Shown one piece after another: positions 1 through 16,313 of a DNA stretch of 64,000 nt; position 1 is the first letter of the stretch, and the number at the start of each line of letters is the position of its first letter. The translations under genes and the position numbers were made by a program. This stretch comes from Nitrospirota bacterium (GTDB lineage Bacteria; Nitrospirota; UBA9217), in contig CAWFSF010000001.1 of NCBI GenBank assembly GCA_963818475.1, forward strand, positions 1 through 64,000, given 5' to 3'. Below the pieces are notes generated by a model. That model did not search any database. It was not told the DNA's origin and saw only the letters and a program-made list of their open reading frames with translations.

Positions 1-1720
1 ATCCTGGATCGTACCATTGGCACTGACGGTGTAATTGATGGTGAGGCCTTCTTTGGCGGACATCGAGATGTCGGGCAGGGTCAGCACCACGTGCTTGGCG
101 TCAGCTCCCTGGGCAATAGCGCTCACGATATAGCCTATCGGCGTTCCCGACGGGAACGTTTCGATCACGCTGAACCCGCCGTTGTTTCCTTTGTTGATGT
201 TCACGCAGTTTTCGCTCAAGGTGACCGTAATATGCGTATTATCCGTCAGGGCAGCACCCACCAGGGTCGGCGCCAGCTTATCGTTCAGCGACTTGACGCC
301 GGTGGTCTGGGTTGCGGCCATGGCGTTTCCTGCGCGATCATAGATTGCTGCACCGCTGAACGGTAATATTTCAACGGTCTCGAGCCCGTTGGGTGCTCCT
401 GTAATCGTGAGGAAGACGCGGACGACGGTTTCGCCGCCGGTCAGCGCCGACGCAGAGCTTTCTACAGTATTATCGTTCTTTTTCACCGACTTTATTGTTG
501 CAGTGACGGTGTCGCCGATGGGGGCCGTGAACGCGAATACGAATTTGGCCGCGTCTAACGCGGTTGTACCGTCATTCGCTCCGTACACTCCTTCGCTGAA
601 GACCACGTCGATATAACCGTTATTCGCAGCCAGCGTGCCCGAGCTGATCGTCGGCGGCGTGGTGTCCCATGCGGTTACGGAAACGCCGGTCCCGTCCGTG
701 GCCATAGCATTGCCTGCTGTATCCTGGACCGTACCGTTCCCTCCTGATGTGTATTTGACGGTGACACCCTCTTTTGCCGATATGCCCATGTCCGCCACCG
801 TCAGCACCACGTGGCCGGCGTCCGCTCCCTGGGCAATGGCGTTGACAGCATAGGTGGTTCCCGGCGCGCCGGTCTCGGCCACGCTGAACCCACCGTTATT
901 CGCCTTCGCGATGTTCGCGCAACTCTCGCTCAGGGTGACCGTGATGTGGGTGTTGTCGGTCCGGCTGGCGTTCACAAGGGTGGGAGCCAAGACATCGTTC
1001 AAAGTCTTGCCCCCGGTGGTCTGCGTTGCCGCCGTCGCGTTTCCGGCCCGGTCGAACACGGACGCCGCGTTGGAAGGCTTGACCTCTATGGTCTCCACGC
1101 CGCTGGGAGTCCCGGTGATCGCAAGGAACACGCGGACCACGGTCTCGCCGCCGGTAAGCGCCGATGCCGAACCTTCCACCGTGTTGTCGTTCTTCTTCAC
1201 CGAGCTGATTGCCGCGGTGGCGGCGTTGCCGCCGTTCGGGGTAAAGGTAAGAGCCAGTCTTGCCGCCGTCAGCGCGGTAGTGCCGTCGCTCGCGCCGTAC
1301 ACTCCTTCGCTGAACGTGATGTCCAGGTAGGCGTTGTTCGTTGCCAGTGCGCCGGAACTGATGGTCGGGGAGGTGGCGTCCCACGCTGCGATTAAAACGC
1401 CCGTGCCGTCCGTGGCCAGTGCGTTCCCGGCAATATCCTGGACCGTGCCGTTGCCCCCCGCCGCATAGGTAACGGTGACTCCCTCCCTGGCCGATATCCC
1501 CATGTCCGCCACGGTCAGCACCACGTGGCCCGCGTCCGCTCCCTGGGCAATGGCGCTGACAGCATAGGTGGTTCCCGGCGCGCCGGTCTCGGCCACGCTG
1601 AATCCGCCGTCGTTGGCCTTCGCGATGTTCGTGCAGTTTTTGCTGAGGGTGACGGTGATATGGGTGTTGTCAGTCCGGGCTGCGCTCACAAGGGTGGGTA
1701 AAATGCCGTCTATTACGAAA
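1..1720 (-). repeat. Intragenic tandem repeats of ~714-720 nt (~240 aa), at least 2.4 copies
   Basis: The block encoding [14 protein letters not shown] recurs at ~88, ~808 and ~1522; [11 protein letters not shown] recurs with the same period. Confidence 0.9.
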
Positions 1721-3450
1721 TTTTTATTCGCGCCCAGGGATCCGGCGGCTCCCGGGGTCGCGAGTGTCAGGATCGCGTCATAATTAGATACGTCTTTTAT
1801 GGTCCCGCCGTTCAGCGAGAGCGAGCCCGTGCCCACGTAATCGAGATCGGCTGAAGAATCCCCTGCCTGGACCGTATAGTTGAAGGTGAGCGTTGCCGTC
1901 CCGCTTCCTGTAGCGTATGAAGCGAGCCTGTCCGTGGCGCCGGTTTCAAGAAGAAGCGTCGGCGTGCCGGTCACGTACACCGCGCTGCTGAAGGTCACCG
2001 TGACCGCCAGGGTGTCTCCGCTCTTGTAGGTGCCGTTGGACGCTCCGGAAGTGACGTTCGTTATCGTAGGCGCCGGCGGCAGGGTGGTGACGCTCTGGGA
2101 AGTCGAATACCAGGTTATGTAGGTCCCGTTGTACGCCCGGATCCGGTAATAGTAGGTCGTCAGCGATGACAAGCCGGTCACGGGCCAGGTGGTCACGTTG
2201 CCGACATCGAGACTATTAAAACCGGATACGAAGCTGGTGAAGCCGGAATCGGTCGCCACATCAAGCTTGTACCCGGTAGCGCCGGACACGGCGTTCCAAT
2301 TGGCCGAAAAACTCGTGGTTGTCGTGTTTGTTGCCGAGGAAACCAAGGGTAGAATGTCGCCGTATTCGTAGGCTCCCTTGTCTGTGCTGCCGCTGCGCAG
2401 ATACCCCCTCTGGTCGACCCAGGGCGCTCCGATGCTGGTCCCGGAATTGATCGCCTGACTGCCGCCGTTCAAGGCATGGGTCTTGGTGTACCCCCCGTTG
2501 TCGTTAAGCGAGGCAAGATTGGCGTTCTGCTTGCTTGCTTCCGTCCCGACCACGTCGCCTGTCGTCCACGTTGCAGTATAAAGTTGCGACCCCGTTGACC
2601 CGATCAGGTTGTAGCCTTGAGAAGTAAAGGTGCAGGAATTGGAATCAAAATACCCAAATATGTCCAAGTAGATGTCCGTATCGCCCTGGCCGTTCAACGG
2701 CAGATTACCCGCGATGATGGTATTTTTCAGGTTTACTGTTCCTCCGTCGCAATAAAGGCCTCCCTCGTAGTTATCGGCGACATTCGCGGTGATCGTCGAG
2801 TTCACGATCGTAATCGCGCCGACCCAATTGACGACTACCCCGTCCCCTGACGAGTGATTTCCGCTGACCGTGCAGTTCGTCATCGTTGCGGTGCCGCGAT
2901 TGAAGAGCGCGGGGCCAGAGTATCCCTCACTGTTGGTTATGGCGCTGTTGGTAATGTTGACAGTGCCGTTGTTATCGATCGCGCCCGTGCTGCTGCCCAT
3001 GCTTGCCTTGATCGAATCGATGGCGCAGGCGTTGATATTGACCGTCGCCCCCGATGAGATCGAAAGACCGTTCAGGTTGTTCGAGTTGTTCGTGGGACCG
3101 CCGTAAATGGTGAGGCCGGAGATATTCAGCGTCCCGGCGGTCACGTCGAGAATGTTGTACGCGGCGTTGTTATTGGTTATCTTCAGGCTATTGACGCCCG
3201 GGCCGGTGATAGTCAGGTTTTTAGCGATGGCAAGGGAGGAGGACAGTGTGATGGTCGCCGGGTAGGTAAGGCTGAAATTGATGGTGTCGCCGGCTGCGGC
3301 GCTCGCAATAGCGTTGCGCAGCGTTCCCGCGCCGCTGTCGACCGTGCTCGTAACCGTAAGCGTTGCGGCAAATACCGCAGCCGGAAAAATCGAAAAAATC
3401 AGCCCCGCAAGCAGGCAGACGCGCATAAGCGATCCCGGTCGTTCTCTCAT
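1..3450 (-). CDS. Large secreted surface protein/adhesin: beta-helix-like N-terminus with choice-of-anchor-Q-like motif, FN3, tandem Ig-like repeats; truncated at window edge
   Basis: Manually translated open frame from ATG at 3450 (SD GGAGGA) to base 1. Signal peptide [28 protein letters not shown], then [24 protein letters not shown]...GAYE motif, FN3-like [10 protein letters not shown]...[10 protein letters not shown]. Absent from the ORF track because there is no stop in the window. Confidence 0.85.
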   Translation of the reverse strand, partial: MRERPGSLMRVCLLAGLIFSIFPAAVFAATLTVTSTVDSGAGTLRNAIASAAAGDTINFSLTYPATITLSSSLAIAKNLTITGPGVNSLKITNNNAAYNILDVTAGTLNISGLTIYGGPTNNSNNLNGLSISSGATVNINACAIDSIKASMGSSTGAIDNNGTVNITNSAITNSEGYSGPALFNRGTATMTNCTVSGNHSSGDGVVVNWVGAITIVNSTITANVADNYEGGLYCDGGTVNLKNTIIAGNLPLNGQGDTDIYLDIFGYFDSNSCTFTSQGYNLIGSTGSQLYTATWTTGDVVGTEASKQNANLASLNDNGGYTKTHALNGGSQAINSGTSIGAPWVDQRGYLRSGSTDKGAYEYGDILPLVSSATNTTTTSFSANWNAVSGATGYKLDVATDSGFTSFVSGFNSLDVGNVTTWPVTGLSSLTTYYYRIRAYNGTYITWYSTSQSVTTLPPAPTITNVTSGASNGTYKSGDTLAVTVTFSSAVYVTGTPTLLLETGATDRLASYATGSGTATLTFNYTVQAGDSSADLDYVGTGSLSLNGGTIKDVSNYDAILTLATPGAAGSLGANKNFVIDGILPTLVSAARTDNTHITVTLSKNCTNIAKANDGGFSVAETGAPGTTYAVSAIAQGADAGHVVLTVADMGISAREGVTVTYAAGGNGTVQDIAGNALATDGTGVLIAAWDATSPTISSGALATNNAYLDITFSEGVYGASDGTTALTAARLALTFTPNGGNAATAAISSVKKNDNTVEGSASALTGGETVVRVFLAITGTPSGVETIEVKPSNAASVFDRAGNATAATQTTGGKTLNDVLAPTLVNASRTDNTHITVTLSESCANIAKANNGGFSVAETGAPGTTYAVNAIAQGADAGHVVLTVADMGISAKEGVTVKYTSGGNGTVQDTAGNAMATDGTGVSVTAWDTTPPTISSGTLAANNGYIDVVFSEGVYGANDGTTALDAAKFVFAFTAPIGDTVTATIKSVKKNDNTVESSASALTGGETVVRVFLTITGAPNGLETVEILPFSGAAIYDRAGNAMAATQTTGVKSLNDKLAPTLVGAALTDNTHITVTLSENCVNINKGNNGGFSVIETFPSGTPIGYIVSAIAQGADAKHVVLTLPDISMSAKEGLTINYTVSANGTIQD

Positions 3451-3591
3451 TCCATCCTCCGTCCCTGGTTCACGATCATCAATTGCGGCCGATTGAAGCT
3501 TCCTGCAAGCTGCGGGGAATGCGCTCACTCCGGAATTCAGTTCGAACCGCTGGTCCGGCTTCGCCGGATACACGAATAGTCAAGAATAAAA

Positions 3592-3765
3592 CTTGATAAG
3601 GTCGTAAGAAGTCTTTGTCTCACACAAAGCCACGAAGGGAAAATCTAATAAGATTCAAAGTCTTTTCTTTGTGATCTTTGCCTGCGCCCGGCGTTTAGGA
3701 GTGCGGCAGCGCGAGTGCAGGGCGTGGCTTCGTGTGAAAATCTGATTTTTTACGGATTCATCAAA
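3592..3765. repeat. MITE/REP-like palindromic element with imperfect terminal inverted repeats
   Basis: Left end TTGATAAGGTCGTAAGAAGTC; right end GATTTTTTACGGATTCATCAA; inner inverted repeat CACACAAAGCCACG/CGTGGCTTCGTGTG. Related ends at 27398 and 30600. Confidence 0.6.
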
Positions 3766-3872
3766 CTTTAAAGCAAGCAAAAGAAATTTTTATCCGTGCT
3801 TATCAAGCCGTCGGAAACCTTCTTGCTCATCTGCGATCAAAACGGCATGAATCAGATTTAGTTAAACTTTTA

Positions 3873-3903
3873 CGCGGCGCCGGGTGAGGGCACCGGCGCC
3901 GCG
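3873..3903 (-). terminator. GC-rich hairpin after the tail-collar genes
   Basis: CGCGGCGCCGG-N9-CCGGCGCCGCG perfect 11-bp stem just past the stop at 3912. No U-tract on the minus strand. Confidence 0.5.
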
Positions 3904-3911
3904 ATGGAAAA

Positions 3912-4457
3912 TCAGCCTCTCACCGGGAACAATCCCTGGAGAGCGATGCAGAGATTCACCGAGGTATAAGGCTGCATGTTGTCATGGGCCAGTCCGCTGC
4001 CGACGGAACCGATCGCCGTTGACGCCATGCCGACGGCCGGAACGGTGGTGCTGTAGCTGTTCATCGCCACATATCCTCTCGTTCCCTGCTTCTGGCTGTT
4101 CGCCAGCATATCGCCGCCCGGAGCGTCCTTATCGGCGCCCACGTTCACTGCGGTCAAGGGATGAGTATGGACCGGGATCTGGTTCTGGGTAAGTGCCACG
4201 CTTTCATTTCCGACCTGCTGGCCGATTGTGCGCGGCGTGAGCCCCCCGGGTCCGGTGCCCATGTGCATGGCCGCGCGGCCCTGCAGGTTGGGCAGGTTGA
4301 AATTCGTGGTCCCGTTGCCGCCGAAATTAATGCCGATAACCGCGAATAGCGCCGTATTCTGCTGAATGGGTAGAAGCTGCCCGTCACAGAACGCCCAGCC
4401 GTAGGGCGCGAAATTGAATCCAAAAGGTCTGATCTCGCCGATAAATGGGTCCGCCAT
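3912..4457 (-). CDS. Phage tail collar domain protein (microcystin-dependent-protein-like), paralog 3
   Basis: DPFIGEIRPFGFNFAPYGWAFCDGQ...FNLPNLQGR collar motif, HTH motif, C-terminal HDNMQPY..NLCIALQGLFP. Confidence 0.9.
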   Translation of the reverse strand: MADPFIGEIRPFGFNFAPYGWAFCDGQLLPIQQNTALFAVIGINFGGNGTTNFNLPNLQGRAAMHMGTGPGGLTPRTIGQQVGNESVALTQNQIPVHTHPLTAVNVGADKDAPGGDMLANSQKQGTRGYVAMNSYSTTVPAVGMASTAIGSVGSGLAHDNMQPYTSVNLCIALQGLFPVRG

Positions 4458-4487
4458 TTTTTTCTCCTTTTCTTTCCTCCGACTTTT

Positions 4488-4994
4488 CTAGTTTCTCGAC
4501 GGGTAGACACCTGTCAGGGCTATGCAGAAACTGATTACCAGGGACGGCTGCATGTTGTTGTGGGCCGCGCCCGAGCCGGCCGTTGCAAGGGAGGCCGTGT
4601 TCATCGTAGCCGCGGTGCTCAGATCCGAATAGTTCGGATACCCGGTCTCCGGCGTTCCGAGTGCATTTCCCTGGGCAAGATTGGTCCCGGCCGCGGCTGT
4701 GGTCGCCTGGAGCGCATGCGAGTGGGCGGGAAGGTTGGCCGTGCCGAGGGGCGAATTCTCGAGACCGGACATCTGCCCCTGGGGACGGGAAACGCTCCTG
4801 TGCAGCATGGTCCGTCCCCGCAGATCGGGCAGGGCGAAGTTTGTCGAGCCGTTGCCTCCGTATATCGTTCCCAGCAGCGAGTACAGGGCCTGGTTCTGTG
4901 AAATGCTCATGAGTTGTCCGTCGCAGGTTGCCCATCCCGTGGGCGGAAAATTGAATCCGTACATCCGTATCTCTCCCAAAAACGGTTCTGCCAT
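4488..4994 (-). CDS. Phage tail collar domain protein, paralog 2
   Basis: EPFLGEIRMYGFNFPPTGWATCDGQ...FALPDLRGR, HSH, HNNMQPSLVISFCIALTGVYP. Confidence 0.9.
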   Translation of the reverse strand: MAEPFLGEIRMYGFNFPPTGWATCDGQLMSISQNQALYSLLGTIYGGNGSTNFALPDLRGRTMLHRSVSRPQGQMSGLENSPLGTANLPAHSHALQATTAAAGTNLAQGNALGTPETGYPNYSDLSTAATMNTASLATAGSGAAHNNMQPSLVISFCIALTGVYPSRN

Positions 4995-5006
4995 GGCTGG
5001 CTCCTT

Positions 5007-5543
5007 TCAACTCCTGGTCGGGTAATACCCGTTCAGGGCGATAATGAAGTTTATGCACAGCGAGGGCATCATGGTGTTATGGGCCTGCCCTCCTCCTGCG
5101 TTCGTCACGGACGCGGCGTTCAGGGAAACCTGCGTCCCGGCTGATGCGGTGTACAGCTTGCCGGGGACAGTCCCCCCGGCGGTCTGGCAGAGCACCTTGC
5201 CCGTGGGGTTGCTCACCGCGCCCGTAGTCGTCGAATTCGCGGCCAGCGGGTGGGTGTGGGCCGGCATGGTCGTGGAATCGATGGCCACCTGCTCGGCCCC
5301 GATTACCTGGCCGATGATCCTGTTGGTCATTCCGGCACCCTGCCCCTGGTGAACGGGGATGCGGCCTCTCAGGTCCGGCAGCTTAAAGTTGGTCGAACCG
5401 TCGCCGCCATAGGTTATGCCGATCAGGCTGAACAATACGTCTTGCTGGGCGATAGCCAGCGTCTGCCCGTCGCAGGTCGACCAATCCATGGGCGCGTAAT
5501 TGCCGCCGAACATCCGTATTTCTCCGATAAAACATTCAGACAT
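5007..5543 (-). CDS. Phage tail collar domain protein, paralog 1
   Basis: ECFIGEIRMFGGNYAPMDWSTCDGQ...FKLPDLRGR, HTH, HNTMMPSLCINFIIALNGYYP. Confidence 0.9.
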   Translation of the reverse strand: MSECFIGEIRMFGGNYAPMDWSTCDGQTLAIAQQDVLFSLIGITYGGDGSTNFKLPDLRGRIPVHQGQGAGMTNRIIGQVIGAEQVAIDSTTMPAHTHPLAANSTTTGAVSNPTGKVLCQTAGGTVPGKLYTASAGTQVSLNAASVTNAGGGQAHNTMMPSLCINFIIALNGYYPTRS

Positions 5544-5573
5544 AAGCCCTCCTCAGGAAGATATTCCTCGGGT

Positions 5574-5993
5574 TTAACGCTTTTTCTTTGCCGTCTTTTT
5601 CGCGATCTTCTTTGCACCCTTTTTTACAGCCTTCTTTGCCGTCTTTTTAACCGCTGCTTTCCCCGTCTTTTTCGCTGCAAGGCTTTTTTTCGCTCCGGCT
5701 TTTAGCCGGCTGAACACGGCCTGGTAATAGACGCCGTCCGTCTTGCCGTACATCACGGGCCCCAGGAACAGGTCGAACTCACCGATTTTCGCATGGCTGA
5801 CCCGGTGGGTGTCGTGGCCGAAGACCTTGTCGACCGGCCCCCGGAAGATCAGGTGAAATCCCTGAACCATGGCGGTACTCGAGTCCTTTATCTCCACAAG
5901 CTCCAAATCGACCTTCTCCCCGGACTTCGTCCGGACCTCGAACCTGTCCTTCACATGCGGGTGGAAACTGGACAAAGACAACTTTTCGATCAT
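5574..5993 (-). CDS. DUF6916-like protein with Lys/Ala-rich histone-like C-terminal tail
   Basis: Own SD (AAGGAGG) before ATG 5993. F..HVKDRF..LELVEI..FHLIFRGP..H..IGEFDLFLGPV..YQAVF pattern typical of the small protein in tail-collar clusters; AKK-rich tail. Confidence 0.7.
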   Translation of the reverse strand: MIEKLSLSSFHPHVKDRFEVRTKSGEKVDLELVEIKDSSTAMVQGFHLIFRGPVDKVFGHDTHRVSHAKIGEFDLFLGPVMYGKTDGVYYQAVFSRLKAGAKKSLAAKKTGKAAVKKTAKKAVKKGAKKIAKKTAKKKR

Positions 5994-6563
5994 GTTTTCC
6001 TCCTTCGTCGTGATATTGTTTTTTTTTGCCGCGGGCGCGCGCTTCATAAAAAAATAAACGCCGTTCACGTCAATTTTCTTGAATCCCAGCCGCTCGTACC
6101 ACGGCAGCACCGGGTTATTCTGCTCCACATGCAGGCTGACCTGCAGGCCTTTCCGATCCGCCTCCTGGATGAGTCCGCCGAGGATCGCCGCGCCGACCCC
6201 CTTCCTCCGGAAGGTCGGCAAAAGCGCGATGTCCATCACCCGGATATCGTCCTTCCCGCGGTCAAGATAAAGCCTCCCGGCAGGCACACCGTCCACGCTT
6301 ACAACCTCGAAGGAGGCATTCTCGTAGTGCAGCCTGTATTGCGTATCCTGAAGCCGGAACTGCATGCGAAGGAACTCGGAAATCGCCTCCGGGCTCCATC
6401 CCGTTACCGTCATTTCCTCTGCCCGCGTGGACTCGTAAACCCTGAAGAGGAATTCCTGGTCGTTTTCGACGGTTGCGCGAAAGCTCAGCCTGCCCCCCGG
6501 GCAATCCTTGGAGCAACCGCAGGTGGAGATCTCGGGCACGACTGCGCCCTGGTGATGCGGCAT
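5990..6563 (-). CDS. GNAT N-acetyltransferase (reads in frame into the next gene as sequenced)
   Basis: SD GGAGG before ATG 6563; FLRMQFRLQDTQY, IRVMDIALLPTFRRKGVG (motif A), LHVEQNNP..WYERLGF. Confidence 0.85.
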
Positions 6564-7167
6564 TGACCCCTCCATTTTTTTGTTTCGATGCCAAAAAAAT
6601 TTGTTATTCACATCCGCAAGCTGCTGTTTCGGGGCTTCTAACCGTATAACGATAATGAAGTTACACTTTGATAGCGTTGATAGCGAGCCGAAGGCGCCTC
6701 TCAGCAGGTCTCTGGCTGATCGAGACAATCGACTGCAATTGATTCTGTTGAAGCGAAAGCAGAGTTACCGGCAATCTGGTTGGCGCGGGGAGATGCATGT
6801 GCCGGGGGCGAGTAATATATGCAATATTTGTAAACAAATGTCACTAAATGGCCCCGACAGATTGTAATATTGCAAATCTTTGGCTATAAGTCAAGGTATA
6901 AACGGTCAAATTTCACGAAAAAACGAACTTTCTGATGCAAGGATTCAGGAATTGATTTTGCAACACAGTGTATGTACATTTTATTGCAGAAATCAGTAAC
7001 AGCTTTGCTTGTTTGGACGGGGGAAGTGAGAATCAGCGGTGAGAGGTGAACAACCAGGGCTGAAAGGAGGGCTCTTTTTTTAAAGATCGGCCTACAGAAA
7101 AACAATCCTCGGTTTTGAGAAATGAAAAATTGGTGAGGAAGAGGGGTGAAGGACCTGGGGACTACGC

Positions 7168-7557
7168 TTAGAGTTTGTACCCTCCAAGGAAATTCAACAC
7201 CGCCTTGATAAGTTCGGCTGGTTTGACCGGTTTGGTAAGGTATCCGCTGGCCCCGAGCGCCATCCCGGCTTCCCGGTCCCTGATCTCGCCCTTCGTCGTG
7301 ATGATCACGATAGGCATATCGCTCTTGAGCCCCAGGCGGACGTGACGAACGAGTTCGGCTCCGTCCATTTCCGGCATGTTCATGTCCGTCAGAAGCAGAT
7401 CGAACTGGCCGGTCTTCAGCTTGGCCAGGGCCTCGACGCCGTTCACGGCCTCGGTGATCTTTACTTTCACCATGCGCCTCAGGTTCATGACCAGGAACAT
7501 GCGCATGATCGCGGAATCATCGGCAATAAGGATGGATTTATCGGCAAGATTGAACAT
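7168..7557 (-). CDS. CheY-like single-domain response regulator
   Basis: ILIADD, LLTDMNMPEMDG, ITT, YLTKP receiver motifs. Confidence 0.9.
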   Translation of the reverse strand: MFNLADKSILIADDSAIMRMFLVMNLRRMVKVKITEAVNGVEALAKLKTGQFDLLLTDMNMPEMDGAELVRHVRLGLKSDMPIVIITTKGEIRDREAGMALGASGYLTKPVKPAELIKAVLNFLGGYKL

Positions 7558-7613
7558 AAATTGTTGACGTTATTATAGCATGTTTCAGCAAGAATGCAAT
7601 TTTCTGAAGCCGA

Positions 7614-14495
<6,882 letters not shown>

Positions 14496-14535
14496 GATCT
14501 GTCGGCTTCCCTCCGCAGGGGTCAGCCTGCCGCTC

Positions 14536-15619
14536 CTACTGGATCACTACCTGGTACTTGATCGTCGCGCTCGACCCGGCGTTGACCGTCAGGCCGGAGA
14601 CGGTCAGCGTGTTCGGTACCTGCGTTCCATCGTGCCGGCGTTCGCGGTACAGACGCCGTTCACGACGATACCCTCGCCCGCGCCACAGGCATTTCCGCCG
14701 TCGGTGAACTGTGTCGCAAACGCGATCTGGCCGGCTGCGATCTCGGCACGCTCAGGTTATCGGTGATCGAAACGTTCGTTGCTTGCGATCCGCCTGCCGC
14801 GTTGGTCACGGTCACGGTATAGGTGATCACCGCGCCGGGGATCGCCTTCGGATTGCCGCCAGCACCGTTAAACGGATCGGAATAGACAACGGCGGTCTTG
14901 CCCACCGTCACTGCAGCGGCCGAAACGGTAAAGGTGGCGAAAGCTGAATGTTTGCCGTCGCGCGCGTCGTCGGTGCCCGCTGCCCGCGCTTCCCGCCGTA
15001 TCCGCGAACACGACATCGACGCCCGCGGTATTGGCGCCCGCCGTCTGCGCCGTCACGGTCGTGGTGCCTGCATCCGACGGTCGTCGCCACGAGGTCATAA
15101 CCGCGGTTTCGCCCGTTATCCGGCCAATGGGCGTAGCTCCCGACAATGAGCACGGTCATGGTCGCGCCCGACGCGATATTGCCGAAGGTGGTCGGCGTCC
15201 ACATACAGCGTGTCTCCGGCATCCCAGGCTCCGGGCGTGCCGCCGCTGTCGCGGTAGATGTTGACTCCCGTCATGTCGAAGCTGTCCGTTGCGCTCGACA
15301 CGATGGAAAGCGCGTAGCTCTGGGCTGTGTTGCCCAGGTTCGTGACCGTGAACGAAAGCGCCTGGTTGGTCGAGCCCGGGACCACCGTGGCGTCGGCGAT
15401 CTTCGTCACCAGCAGGTTCACCTTGTTGTCCACGGTGAAGGTCGTGGAGCCGGTGACCGCCGTCTGGCTCACGCCGCCCACCTCGAAATTGACGGTCGCC
15501 GTATTGCTGATGACCGTGCCCGATGCCGTGTTCGCTGCGTCCGCGCCGTGCGGAACGGCAAAGCAGAGCGCCGCGCGCTGATCGAGTACTGCTGTTATAA
15601 ATCTTCCTGTGATCTTCAT
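14536..15619 (-). CDS. Secreted DUF11-family protein, putative major pilin (frameshifted)
   Basis: Strong SD AAGGAGG; signal peptide; ANTASGTVISNTATVNF; C-terminal [50 protein letters not shown]. Confidence 0.8.
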
Positions 15620-15777
15620 ACTTCCTCCTTTATTAACTTTTCCTTGCTCCGTTTATTACGGTATAAGCAATTGCTGCCGCCTCCGTACCGGCACAGCCGA
15701 TGTTCTAGGAATCGTTCGCAATGATGACCTCCTTTCGGCCTCTCCTGTGAAACTAAATCGATTCGTCTCATATCCAT
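15616..15777 (-). CDS. Unannotated 53-aa small ORF coupled to the putative pilin gene
   Basis: SD AGGAGG; MDMRRIDLVSQERPKGGHHCERFLEHRLCRYGGGSNCLYRNKRSKEKLIKEEV*; its TGA overlaps the pilin ATG (ATGA). Confidence 0.45.
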   Translation of the reverse strand: MDMRRIDLVSQERPKGGHHCERFLEHRLCRYGGGSNCLYRNKRSKEKLIKEEV

Positions 15778-15798
15778 ATCCTCCTGTCTCCGAATTTT

Positions 15799-16297
15799 TT
15801 ATTTCACCCGCGCCCGGAAGCTGACCGTGCCCGAGGCTCCCGGCTGCCAGCGGCGTCGGTACGCGTCCATTTGATGGTGGTGTAATCCGCGGCCGTCGCC
15901 TTCCGAACCGCTCCTTTCGCGATCCTTGACGGTCAAGCTTGCCCGGCACTCCATAGGTCTTCCCGTTGTCCACCGAGAACTGGATCCTGGTGTCCTTGCC
16001 TTCCGCGCTTCCTTCCACATACGCCATCTCCTGGGCAATGGGATTCGTGATCGCCACGCCGGTAGCCGGTTGTTTGCCCCTGTTCGTGTAGGTCGTGGTA
16101 AAGATGACGATGTCGTCAGGCACCACCTTGGCGAGTGCGGCTTCCTTCCGGACCTTGACCTTCTCGCCCTTGGCGTTCTGCTCCACCGTCTCGACCTCGG
16201 CGACCGTCTTCACCTCGATGCCGCCCTTCTGCTGTGCCATTGCGAAGGCGGGCGCGACCAGCAAGAGCGCCCCTAGTACCAAGCTCGATCCCTTCAT
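15799..16297 (-). CDS. Small secreted single DUF11-like domain protein (candidate chaperone/terminator; frameshifted)
   Basis: Signal peptide; IEVKTVAEVE..VVPDDIVIFTTTYTNRGKQPATGVAITNPI..YVEGSA..FSVDNGKTY..GTVSFRARVK*. Confidence 0.8.
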
Positions 16298-16313
16298 AGT
16301 GATTCCTCCTTTG

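Noticed and set aside
91-3496. Plus-strand ORFs over the adhesin, and similar antisense ORFs throughout the window
   Set aside because: Shadow frames of GC-rich genes on the opposite strand with no recognisable motifs.
3912-5543. Prophage or tailocin remnant
   Set aside because: No integrase, terminase, capsid, sheath, tube or lysis genes. The triplet with a GNAT is a recurring non-phage arrangement.
5574-6728. 384-aa ORF as a genuine single protein starting at 6728
   Set aside because: A better SD/ATG lies at 6563, and an internal SD with a potential ATGA overlap at 5993 indicates two genes.
6570-7160. c-di-GMP riboswitch or sigma54 promoter upstream of the GNAT/tail-collar operon
   Set aside because: I looked for GEMM-type and GG-N10-GC motifs by eye and found no convincing match.
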